This document shows, in pieces, positions 19,375 to 27,452 of a DNA stretch of 64,000 bases (position 1 is its first letter; every line of letters begins with the position of its first letter). This DNA comes from Candidatus Spongiisociaceae bacterium (lineage in GTDB: Bacteria > Actinomycetota > Acidimicrobiia > Spongiisociales > Spongiisociaceae): positions 1,920,001 to 1,984,000 of the forward strand of contig OZ241841.1 of assembly GCA_965202665.1 (NCBI GenBank), written 5' to 3'. Below the pieces are notes generated by a model, which ran no database searches, had not been told where the DNA came from, and saw only the letters and a list, made by a program, of their open reading frames with translations. Both the position numbers and the translations under genes were made by a program.

Positions 19375-19444
19375 GGCATTCCCTACCTTTCACGTCGCTT
19401 GCTCTAATGAGTATAGGCATGCGCTGTGTCTTATGTTGAATAGT
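19203..19444. repeat. Direct repeat: promoter + small ORF module, copy A
   Basis: Same 242-nt span as 22337-22578; includes minus-strand -10 TATACT (19410-19415). Confidence 0.9.
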
Positions 19445-19658
19445 CCAGGTAGCGGCCGGCCTTCGGTGTCGGTCGCCCAGTGGCCCTCCCCGTCCACCAG
19501 GGCGATGGGTTCCTCGTAGTACAGGGCTACCCAGTCGGGCAACACCCGCCTGTGCCGTTCCAGCCGTTCAGAATGAATTCCCAAAGTAGCCTCCACGGTC
19601 GCGTACGCCCCCAAGAATACCCCGCCCGCCAAGCGCCTGCCCCCGGGAAATTCCGCCC
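19442..19658 (-). pseudogene. Truncated duplicate of the aminotransferase 5' end (about 47 codons, with a frameshift)
   Basis: LGIHSERLERHRRVLPDWVALYYEEPIALVDGEGHWATD, then an extra base relative to 18400-18410 and breakage. Confidence 0.85.
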
Positions 19659-19704
19659 CAGGGGGTGCTATCCGCCTCCGGAGACGATGTTGGCCCTGCC
19701 TAGC

Positions 19705-20780
19705 TGTACATGGCCAGTAGGTTGGTTACAGTCTGGAGGTTGGTGGTTTGCCTCCGAGGCTGTAGCGGGGTCGGTGGTTATTGTAGTAGTGGAGCCAGTG
19801 GCGGAGGGCTTGGTTTCGGGTTTGGTTGTCGGGCCAGGGTTGGGAGTTGGCCCATTCGCGTTTGAGGGTTTGGTTGTATCGCTCCACTTTGCCGTTCTGC
19901 TGGGGATGATACGGTCTGATCGTGATATGACGGATGTCGTGTTGGGAGAGCAGGGAAGCGAATAGGCGGCTGCGGGTGTAGCTCCAGTGGTTGTCGGTCA
20001 TGATCTCCGCGATGTGGGTTATGCCTAGTTGGTGGAAGTGGTGGAGGGCGCGGGCGGTGAACGCGGCGACGGTGGTTCCTTTCTCGTCTGATAGCGTTTC
20101 GGAGTAGGCGAGGCGGGTGTAGTCGTCCACGATGGAGTGCACAAAGGTCCATCCCGCTCCGCTGGCGGGGGCGTTGCCCCGGCCGTGTACCTTCCATCCC
20201 CCGCCGGGGGGTATGGAAGAAAGCTTCTTAACGTCCATATGCAGCAACTCACCAGGCCGTTCCCGTTCATACCGCACCACCGGCCCGGGAGGGGTTTTGA
20301 GCGGTTCGCCGGTCAGCTGGTCGCATTCCCACAGACGCAACATCCCGTGGCGGCGGAGGATGCGGCTGATCGTCCGCTCCGGCACCCCCGTAAACGCCGA
20401 CAATCGAGCGGGCCCCGCCCGCAACCGCCGCCGCGCCCGCAGCACCAGCTCTTCCACCTCCGGGCTGGTACGCATAGGGGAGCAGCGCGGCCGAGACGAC
20501 CGGTCTTCCAAACCGGCCTCGCCTTCCTCCCGGTAGCGGCGCACCCACTTGGACACGCACTGCCGAGACAGGCCCATTCCCCGAGCCACCCGCGCTACTG
20601 GTTCCCCTTCTTCTATTACCCGCAACACCATCCCCAAACGTCCCAAAGGCGACGACCTCGCGTTACCATGCATCCCTGAAGACCTCCTCCCGTGCTATAG
20701 GGTGCTTTCACTCCCCATAACACCAGGAGGTCTTCACTTATGCAACAACCAAACCGTCACCAACGTCCTGGCCAAGTACA
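19705..20780 (-). mobile_element. IS481-family insertion sequence, 1076 bp
   Basis: Imperfect 25-bp terminal IRs TGTACATGGCCAGTAGGTTGGTTAC / TGTACTTGGCCAGGACGTTGGTGAC; 6-bp target duplication CCTAGC (19699-19704, 20781-20786). Confidence 0.95.
19726..20673 (-). CDS. IS481-family DDE transposase
   Basis: MHGNAR N-terminus, HTH, PGELLHMDVKK, MTDN, NGKVERYNQTL. Confidence 0.95.
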   Translation of the reverse strand: MHGNARSSPLGRLGMVLRVIEEGEPVARVARGMGLSRQCVSKWVRRYREEGEAGLEDRSSRPRCSPMRTSPEVEELVLRARRRLRAGPARLSAFTGVPERTISRILRRHGMLRLWECDQLTGEPLKTPPGPVVRYERERPGELLHMDVKKLSSIPPGGGWKVHGRGNAPASGAGWTFVHSIVDDYTRLAYSETLSDEKGTTVAAFTARALHHFHQLGITHIAEIMTDNHWSYTRSRLFASLLSQHDIRHITIRPYHPQQNGKVERYNQTLKREWANSQPWPDNQTRNQALRHWLHYYNNHRPRYSLGGKPPTSRL

Positions 20781-22249
20781 CCTAGCACCAGGGTGCTCAA
20801 TTCCCGCAAGGCCGTCGCCAACGATTGGTCCAGCCAGTCGCAGAGGTCCTGGGTCCGGTTCTCGACCTCCTTGTCGTGTGAGAAGGAAAAGGCGTCCCAT
20901 GAGGTTTCTACAAAATCCTTTGCGACGCCATAGTCAGTTCCCTGGGTTCGATATTGGATGCGCCCGAATGAGGTAACGGCCATCACGCCTGTTCGGGGGT
21001 TGCCCACATGGTGGATGGAAACCACGAACTGCAATCGGAATCCGTTGATTTCCACCTGTAGCGTTTGCCACCATTTGTCAGAGGACAGATCGGCGTAGTG
21101 CCCCGATTGTTTGGCGGTTTTGATTATTTGCCTACGCCACAGATACGCATTATCGCTGTCCGGTTCGGCCGCACGAGCGTCGATTTTGATTTCACGTCCT
21201 TGTTCTTTGAAACTCGCTTCCAGGTCGTCGCTTGCTTCTTTTATCCATGCTTGGATACGGGCATGCATTTCTTGCGCGCGTATGCGTACTCCGAGTTTTC
21301 TCTGCTCGGTTTTTGCTTTTTCTTTCTGATGCCAGGCTAGGGCGAAAGCGCGTATTGCTTCTTTGGCGGTTTGCGGCGCAGGAGCGGGTATGGGTTTCTC
21401 CAGCTCGCCGCGTATCGAACGAATAGCAAATTTGGCGAACAACCGGCTGAAAGGGGCTAAATCCCCACTGTTGGCGGTATCCAGGGCATTTAGATATCGA
21501 TCCCTATCCAAGCGGCCCACTACTATCGGCGGGTAGTGCTCTCTTTCTAGAGGGAGAAGTGCCAATGCCCGCGCCACTCGGCCGTTTCCGTCCTGAAAAG
21601 GGTGTATTTGCACGAATCGGTGGTGAAGCCATGATGCGGAGACGATGGGGTGCGCCTTGTTAGCCATTTCTCCATATAGTTGAATCAGGCTATCTATTTC
21701 TCCCGTGACCTGTTCCGGGGGCGCGAACTCCAATATTGAGCCATCGGCCAGTTTCACATTGTTTGGCCAGTTTTTGAAGGAACCGTGGTTGAGCTTGCTT
21801 TTGACATTACGACCCAACGAATCGGTGGCGTCATACGCATCTTGAGTGCTTGTGATTAAGGCGTGCAGTTCCTTGATGAAAGAGGAGGACAGCAACCGGT
21901 CATCTCGCACGAACTCGATTACTAACTTCAGTCCATCCAGTTGGGCTTGGATGGTCGCCAAAACTCCGTCTGAAATATCTTGTCCGGAACGGAAAACCAC
22001 CTCTTTGGTGAGGCCTTCCGCCACCAAGTTCTCTGTGAGTCCCCAGTCAAGGTCGTACAGCCTTTCCAGGATGCCGGTTTCGATGGCCTGTTTGCGGAGA
22101 GTACGTTGGCGCAGGGTCGTTTTGTCGGCTTCGTCCAAGCTGGCGGTGAACTCCCTCCACCGGCTGTGCAGGATATCCACCGCCGTCAGGTCGCGGCGCA
22201 ACCTCTCTTCCACGGCGGGGTCGAGAGGCTGTATCGGGCTCCAGGTCAT
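20738..22249 (-). CDS. Fic-domain protein (start reassigned to ATG 22249; C-terminal residues derive from the IS end)
   Basis: Canonical HPFQDGNGRVAR motif; AIETGILE helix. Confidence 0.88.
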   Translation of the reverse strand: MTWSPIQPLDPAVEERLRRDLTAVDILHSRWREFTASLDEADKTTLRQRTLRKQAIETGILERLYDLDWGLTENLVAEGLTKEVVFRSGQDISDGVLATIQAQLDGLKLVIEFVRDDRLLSSSFIKELHALITSTQDAYDATDSLGRNVKSKLNHGSFKNWPNNVKLADGSILEFAPPEQVTGEIDSLIQLYGEMANKAHPIVSASWLHHRFVQIHPFQDGNGRVARALALLPLEREHYPPIVVGRLDRDRYLNALDTANSGDLAPFSRLFAKFAIRSIRGELEKPIPAPAPQTAKEAIRAFALAWHQKEKAKTEQRKLGVRIRAQEMHARIQAWIKEASDDLEASFKEQGREIKIDARAAEPDSDNAYLWRRQIIKTAKQSGHYADLSSDKWWQTLQVEINGFRLQFVVSIHHVGNPRTGVMAVTSFGRIQYRTQGTDYGVAKDFVETSWDAFSFSHDKEVENRTQDLCDWLDQSLATALRELSTLVLGVLGQDVGDGLVVA

Positions 22250-22271
22250 GATCCCGCCGGAGGCGATCTGG

Positions 22272-22508
22272 TCAGGGGGCGGTGGGACCTGTTTGGTCTT
22301 GGCTCGTCGGGTTCTTGACGGGGACGGGCTGGCCGCCGAGGGCCTTGCGGAAATCCTCTCCCAGGGCCTCCCAGTCGGACTTCCAAGCGTTGGCGGTTTC
22401 CAAGGCCGAAAGGTTGTAATGGTCGTAGTGGCCGAACAGGTCAAAGGTTCTCGCTACCCCGTCCCAAAAGGAGGGTATGTCCTTGATCAGTTTAGTGCTG
22501 AGTCGCAT
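22272..22508 (-). CDS. Small hypothetical protein, copy B (78 aa), upstream of Fic
   Basis: MRLSTKLIK...PSFWDGVARTFDLFGHYDHYNLSALETANAWKSDWEALG, near-identical to copy A; GGGAG RBS. Confidence 0.7.
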   Translation of the reverse strand: MRLSTKLIKDIPSFWDGVARTFDLFGHYDHYNLSALETANAWKSDWEALGEDFRKALGGQPVPVKNPTSQDQTGPTAP

Positions 22509-22578
22509 CGTCTCCCTTTCCATTCGCGGCCGCTTGCTCTATCAGTTTAGGCATGCGTTGCGTCCTGTGATGAACAGT
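22337..22578. repeat. Direct repeat: promoter + small ORF module, copy B
   Basis: Matches 19203-19444; minus-strand -10 TAAACT (22544-22549). Confidence 0.9.
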
Positions 22579-22604
22579 GAGCGCCGGCGCCCGTTCCCGT
22601 CGGG

Positions 22605-23447
22605 TCAGGGGGCGGTTAGGCTTTCGTAGGCGTCGGGGCGGCGGTCTCGGTAGAAGGCCCACACTTTGCGCACCTCGTCGATCATGTCCATGTCCAGGTC
22701 ACGCACCACCAACTCCTCTTCGGTGTCGGAGGCGGGGTCGCCCACCAGTTGCCCGCGGGGATTCACGAAATAGGAGGAGCCGTAGAAATCGTTTTCCCCG
22801 TAGGGCTCGGTTCCCACCCGGTTGATGGCCCCGATGAAAAACTCGTTGGCCACCGCCGAGGCGGGTTGCTCCAGGTTCCACAGGTACATGGACAGGCCCC
22901 GGCTGGTGGCCGACGGGTTGAACACCAGTTTGGCCCCCGCCAAGCCCAGGGCCCGCCACCCTTCCGGGAAATGGCGGTCGTAGCAGATGTAGACACCGAT
23001 GCGCCCCGCCGCGGTGTCGAACACCGGATAGCCCAGGTTGCCGGGGCGGAAATAAAACTTCTCCCAGAAGCCGGGCAGGTGCGGGATGTGGGTTTTGCGG
23101 TACTTGCCCAGATAGGCGCCGTCGGCGTCGATCACCGCCGCCGTGTTGTATAAGAACCCGTCGTCCTCTTTTTCGTAGACGGGGACCACCAGCACCATCT
23201 CCGTCTCCTTGGCGGCTTGGATCATCCGCTGCACGGTGGGGCCGTCCGGCACTCGCTCGGCGGTGTCCTTATGATCGTCGTCCTGCACCTGGCAGAAGTA
23301 GGGGCCGTTGAACAGCTCCTGGAAGCACATCACCCGGGCCCCCTGCTCGGCCGCCCGGCGGGCGAAGCCGACGCTCTTGTCCACCATCGTTTCCAAGTCG
23401 CCGGTCCACGCCGTTTGGACGATGGCCGCCCGGATGATGTTCGCCAT
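22605..23447 (-). CDS. Nitrilase-superfamily amidohydrolase, probable beta-ureidopropionase
   Basis: FQELF, YRKTHIP, EKFYF and ICYDRHFPE (E-K-C triad); pyrimidine cluster context. Confidence 0.9.
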   Translation of the reverse strand: MANIIRAAIVQTAWTGDLETMVDKSVGFARRAAEQGARVMCFQELFNGPYFCQVQDDDHKDTAERVPDGPTVQRMIQAAKETEMVLVVPVYEKEDDGFLYNTAAVIDADGAYLGKYRKTHIPHLPGFWEKFYFRPGNLGYPVFDTAAGRIGVYICYDRHFPEGWRALGLAGAKLVFNPSATSRGLSMYLWNLEQPASAVANEFFIGAINRVGTEPYGENDFYGSSYFVNPRGQLVGDPASDTEEELVVRDLDMDMIDEVRKVWAFYRDRRPDAYESLTAP

Positions 23448-23528
23448 AGGTTCTCCTCTCGGTCCGCGGCCCGCGCCCGAGCCGCTTGCCTCCGTCTTGC
23501 GTCCGCCGCGCCCCCGCGGCCCGGCGGT

Positions 23529-24632
23529 TTATTCGCCGCCGGGGTTGAGGGCGACGGTGGTGCGTTGCCAGCCGGAGCCGACCGTGTCCAAGCCGTCGTC
23601 GTTGAGGGCGTTGACCGCGTTTTGGGCGAAGTCGGTGCGGTAGGCGCCTGCGCCGGGATCGGCCGAGATCACGTTTTGGCCGGTGGCCACTTCGATGGTC
23701 TGCCTCCACAGGTTGGCGTCCATCACGCCGATCCCGTTCGGGGAGGGCCAGATCAGGCCGTTGATTTCGTTCATCTGCCAGGTCTGATGGCTGCGTCCCA
23801 AAGTGGGGCCGGCCGCCAACACGATGTCCACGCACGAATCCGGGTTGTCCCGGCAGTGGATCCAGCCGCGGAAACTGGCCCGCAGGAAAGCCTCTACGGT
23901 GTCGGAGTTGTTCGCCGCGTACTCCTCGGTCACCCAGATGGCGTCCTGCAACATGGCGGTGGCGATGGACGGATCGTTGAAGTCGATCACGTTCAGGTCG
24001 CTCGGCTGGTACAACTCGCCGGTGTCCGGGTTGGTGGCTTCCAGCACCTGGGCGTACTCGTTGTAGATCATCGCCTCGGCGGCGTCGATATCCCGGTTGA
24101 GCAGGGCCTCCATGTCGAAGCTCTGGGCGACCAGTTCCACATCCGGCACGTTGAACTTCTCGATGGCGGCCGTCAACTCGAACTCGTTGCCGAAGCCCCA
24201 GTTGCCGACCGTGCGGCCCGCCCAGTCGGCGGGGGAGGTGATGCCCGAGTCGGCCCAGGACACCATCAGCGTCCCCGACCGTTGGAACACCTGGCCCACG
24301 TTGACCAGCCCCGCCCCCTCCTGGTTGGAAACCAAAGCTTTGGGAACCCAGGCCAGGCCGAACTGGGCCCCGCCGGTGGCCACCACCTGCTGGGGAACGA
24401 TCTCCACCGCCCCCTCCAGGATGGTTACGTCCAAGCCCTCGTCGGCGTAGAAGCCCTGGTCGACGGCGGCGTAATACCCGGCGAACTGGGCCTGCGCCAC
24501 CCACTGCAACTGCAGGTTGATGGGGGTCAGCTCGACGGGGGCCGGCTCATCGTCTCCTCCGCAGGCCGCGGCCAGCAAAGCCAGGGCCGCCGCCACCGCC
24601 GCCAACTTAGTGAACATTTTTCCGCGCAACAT
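23529..24632 (-). CDS. ABC transporter substrate-binding lipoprotein (NMT1/THI5-like); start reassigned
   Basis: AAGGAGG RBS; lipobox LAAAC; LQLQWVAQAQFAGYYAA. Confidence 0.88.
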   Translation of the reverse strand: MLRGKMFTKLAAVAAALALLAAACGGDDEPAPVELTPINLQLQWVAQAQFAGYYAAVDQGFYADEGLDVTILEGAVEIVPQQVVATGGAQFGLAWVPKALVSNQEGAGLVNVGQVFQRSGTLMVSWADSGITSPADWAGRTVGNWGFGNEFELTAAIEKFNVPDVELVAQSFDMEALLNRDIDAAEAMIYNEYAQVLEATNPDTGELYQPSDLNVIDFNDPSIATAMLQDAIWVTEEYAANNSDTVEAFLRASFRGWIHCRDNPDSCVDIVLAAGPTLGRSHQTWQMNEINGLIWPSPNGIGVMDANLWRQTIEVATGQNVISADPGAGAYRTDFAQNAVNALNDDGLDTVGSGWQRTTVALNPGGE

Positions 24633-24715
24633 TTCTTCCTCCTTGCGTTCGCCCCTATGCAATTGGGTGAATAATACCCCCCGTTTCCGGCCGGGGAGGC
24701 CGAAAACCGGAATTT

Positions 24716-25486
24716 TTAGGCTTTGCGCACCGAAACGTGCCAAGGGATGGCCCGGCGCTCCGCCCAGGAGGCCAGCAGGTAAAGCAGAATGCCGAAGGCG
24801 GAAGCCAGCACGATGGCCGCCCAGGCCTCCTCGAACTGGAGCAAGCCGGCTTTGGTGGTGATGTACTGGCCGAGACGGGCCTGGGGCCCGCCGAAAAATT
24901 CTTTGACGATGGCCCCGATCAGGCTGAGGGCGGTGGCCACTTTCAACGCCGAAAACAGGTAGGGGCCGGAGTTGGGGACCTGCAGTTTCCACAGCACCGC
25001 CCCCCGCCGGGCGGCGTAGGAGTCCATCAACTCCAACTCGGAAGCCCCGGCGGACAGCAGCCCCCGCACCATGTTGATCATCACCGGGAAAAACACCAGG
25101 ACGGCCACCACGAAAATGCCCCCCGCCGGGCTGAGTATCCCGAACCAGGAGTTGGCGATGGGGGCCAGCACGATGATGGGGGTGGAGTTGGCGGCGATGG
25201 CGAACGGCACCGCCCCCTCCCGTACGAAACGCCAGCGGGCGGCGGCCAGGGACACCAGGGCGGCGGCGGCGGCTCCGACCGCCAACCCGGCCACGGCCGT
25301 GAAAAAAGTGCCCCACCCGGCCGACAGCAGGTCGCTTCTTTCCGTTCCGAAAGCGGCGGCGATGGCGGTGGGGGCGGGGAGGATGAAGCCTTTGATGTTG
25401 AAAATGCGCACCAGCGACTCCCAGGCGGCCAAGCCCCCGGCGAACAGGGCGATGGCCGGACCCCACCGGCGCAGTCGCCCGTTCAC
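24716..25486 (-). CDS. ABC transporter permease (SsuC/TauC-like)
   Basis: Hydrophobic helices; FFPVMIN...GL; EAA-like loop. Confidence 0.88.
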   Translation of the reverse strand: MNGRLRRWGPAIALFAGGLAAWESLVRIFNIKGFILPAPTAIAAAFGTERSDLLSAGWGTFFTAVAGLAVGAAAAALVSLAAARWRFVREGAVPFAIAANSTPIIVLAPIANSWFGILSPAGGIFVVAVLVFFPVMINMVRGLLSAGASELELMDSYAARRGAVLWKLQVPNSGPYLFSALKVATALSLIGAIVKEFFGGPQARLGQYITTKAGLLQFEEAWAAIVLASAFGILLYLLASWAERRAIPWHVSVRKA

Positions 25487-26280
25487 ACCGCCTCCACCGC
25501 CCGCAACCCCTCCCGCACTTCGGTCAGCAACTCGAAGAAACGCTGTTCGGCGCGGGTGTCCGAAGTGCGGGGCTGGGGCAGGTCCATTTCCACCACCCGG
25601 GTGATGCGGCCCGGACGGGGGGACATGATCACCACGCGGTTGGACAGAAACACCGCCTCCGGGATGGAATGGGTGACGAAAAGGACCGTGGTGCCGGTAT
25701 CCGACCAGATGCGCAGCAACTCGGCTTGCATCCGCTCCCGGGTCATCTCGTCCAACGCCCCGAAAGGCTCGTCCATTAAAAGGAGCGACGGCTCAAAGGC
25801 CAAAGCCCGGGCGATGGACACCCGTTGCTGCATGCCGCCCGACAGTTGCCACGGATAATGGTCGGCGAACTCCTCCAAACCCACCAGTTGCAGCATATCC
25901 TCCGCCCGCGCCCGCCGCTCCGCCCGGCCCATTTCCATAATCTCCAGCGGCAGTTCCACGTTGGCCCTGACTTTCCGCCACTCCAGCAGGGTGGACGACT
26001 GGAACACCATCCCGTAGTCCCGGTCGGTGCGGGCCGCGGCGGGAGGTTTGCCGTTCACGGTCACCGTCCCGCCGGTGGGGGACAGCAGATCCCCCACCAG
26101 CCGCAACAGGGTGGATTTGCCGCACCCGGAGGGGCCGATCAGGGAAACGAACTCGCCCCCGGCGACCTGCAGGTCGATGTCGGCCAAAGCGGGCACTTCC
26201 CGGTCGGAGCCGGGATTGAAAACCATGTCCGCCCCCCGCAGTTGCACCATGTCCGCCCCCCGCAGTTGCTCAGCGCTCAC
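25483..26280 (-). CDS. ABC transporter ATP-binding protein (SsuB/TauB-like)
   Basis: GPSGCGKST, LSGGMQQR, LLMDEPF, FVTH. Confidence 0.93.
   Translation of the reverse strand: MSAEQLRGADMVQLRGADMVFNPGSDREVPALADIDLQVAGGEFVSLIGPSGCGKSTLLRLVGDLLSPTGGTVTVNGKPPAAARTDRDYGMVFQSSTLLEWRKVRANVELPLEIMEMGRAERRARAEDMLQLVGLEEFADHYPWQLSGGMQQRVSIARALAFEPSLLLMDEPFGALDEMTRERMQAELLRIWSDTGTTVLFVTHSIPEAVFLSNRVVIMSPRPGRITRVVEMDLPQPRTSDTRAEQRFFELLTEVREGLRAVEAV
26222..26269. repeat. Perfect 24-bp tandem duplication in the ABC ATPase 5' end
   Basis: ACCATGTCCGCCCCCCGCAGTTGC x2, encoding QLRGADMV twice. Confidence 0.95.
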
Positions 26281-27176
26281 AACGCCGCCTCTCCGGTCGG
26301 GGCGGACGGGCGGGCGCCGCCGGCTTCGTCCACCCGCAACGAGGCGGGCACCACCGACCGTTCAATCAGGGCCACTATCGCCACGAAAGTTATTCCCAGC
26401 AGGGAGGCGACCAAAATGGAGGCGAACAGTTTGGCGGGGGCGGCGGAGAAAGCGGAGGCGAAGTTGAGGATGGCCCGCCCCAGGCCGTCCGGCATGCTGG
26501 CCGGCAGCTCCCCGACGATGGCCCCGATGATGGCCGCGGTGGCCGCGATTTTCAAAGCGGGGAACAGGTAGGGGAGGGCGGCGGGGGCCTGCAGTTTCCA
26601 CAGCACCTGCCGGGGATGGGCGGCGTAGGAAAGCATAAGTTCGGAGGCGGCCGCCGGGGGGGAGCGCAGGCCGCGCAAAGTGTTGATGGCCACCGGGAAA
26701 AAGGCCAAGTAGGCGGAGATCACCGCCACCACCAGCCAGCGGGGGACGCTGATCCGTCCCGCCCACACCACCAGGATGGGGGCGATGGCCAGGATGGGGA
26801 TGGTCTGGGAGGCCACCACGTAGGGCATCAGGCCCCGCTCCGCCAAAGAGGAACGGACGAACAGCACCCCCAGGCCGAAGCCGATCGCCGACCCGAACAG
26901 GAACCCGACCAGGGCCGAGCGCCAAGTGAACAGGGCCGCCCGCAACAAAACCCACAGCAACATTTCCCCTCCCCGGCGGGCGGGGCGGAACAGTGCCCAT
27001 ACCACGTCCCAGATGTGGGGCATGGAACGTTCGTTGGTGCGCACCGGCAGGTCCACCGAGGTCCCCGGCCAAACCCCGCCGGTGGCCGTTCCCATCCACT
27101 TGTATCCCTCCCAGAGCAAAGCCAACGCCGCCAGGATGCCCAGAAAGGCCAGCGTCCGCCGCAGGGCCGGGGTCAC
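26277..27176 (-). CDS. ABC transporter permease
   Basis: SQTIPILAIAP, FFPVAINTLRGL, ALPYLFPALK. Confidence 0.88.
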   Translation of the reverse strand: MTPALRRTLAFLGILAALALLWEGYKWMGTATGGVWPGTSVDLPVRTNERSMPHIWDVVWALFRPARRGGEMLLWVLLRAALFTWRSALVGFLFGSAIGFGLGVLFVRSSLAERGLMPYVVASQTIPILAIAPILVVWAGRISVPRWLVVAVISAYLAFFPVAINTLRGLRSPPAAASELMLSYAAHPRQVLWKLQAPAALPYLFPALKIAATAAIIGAIVGELPASMPDGLGRAILNFASAFSAAPAKLFASILVASLLGITFVAIVALIERSVVPASLRVDEAGGARPSAPTGEAAL

Positions 27177-27346
27177 CGCGTTCCGCTTTCACAGCCGGGG
27201 GAGCGCCCGCCCCGGGCCGGGCGGCGGCGGGCGGCGGGCGGGAGAGCGGGAAATTTCATAGAGGCCATCTTATCGCCCGCTCGCCCGGCGGGGCGGGGAA
27301 TCAGGCCCGTCCGCTTATCGCCCGCGGGGCGGTGGGGCGGATTGAC

Positions 27347-27374
27347 TTGACAAAACGGGGGGGGGGGGTAGCGT
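27347..27374 (+). promoter_or_regulatory. Housekeeping-sigma promoter of S-layer gene 1 with G12 spacer
   Basis: TTGACA (27347-27352) - AAAC + G12 (27357-27368) - TAGCGT (27369-27374); 16-nt spacer. Confidence 0.75.
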
Positions 27375-27452
27375 TTTGGAGCGCAGTTGTCGGATTGCCC
27401 GTCGGCGGTTGCGAATTGGTAAAGATTTCGGGCGTAGGAGCAAGGAGGCGTC

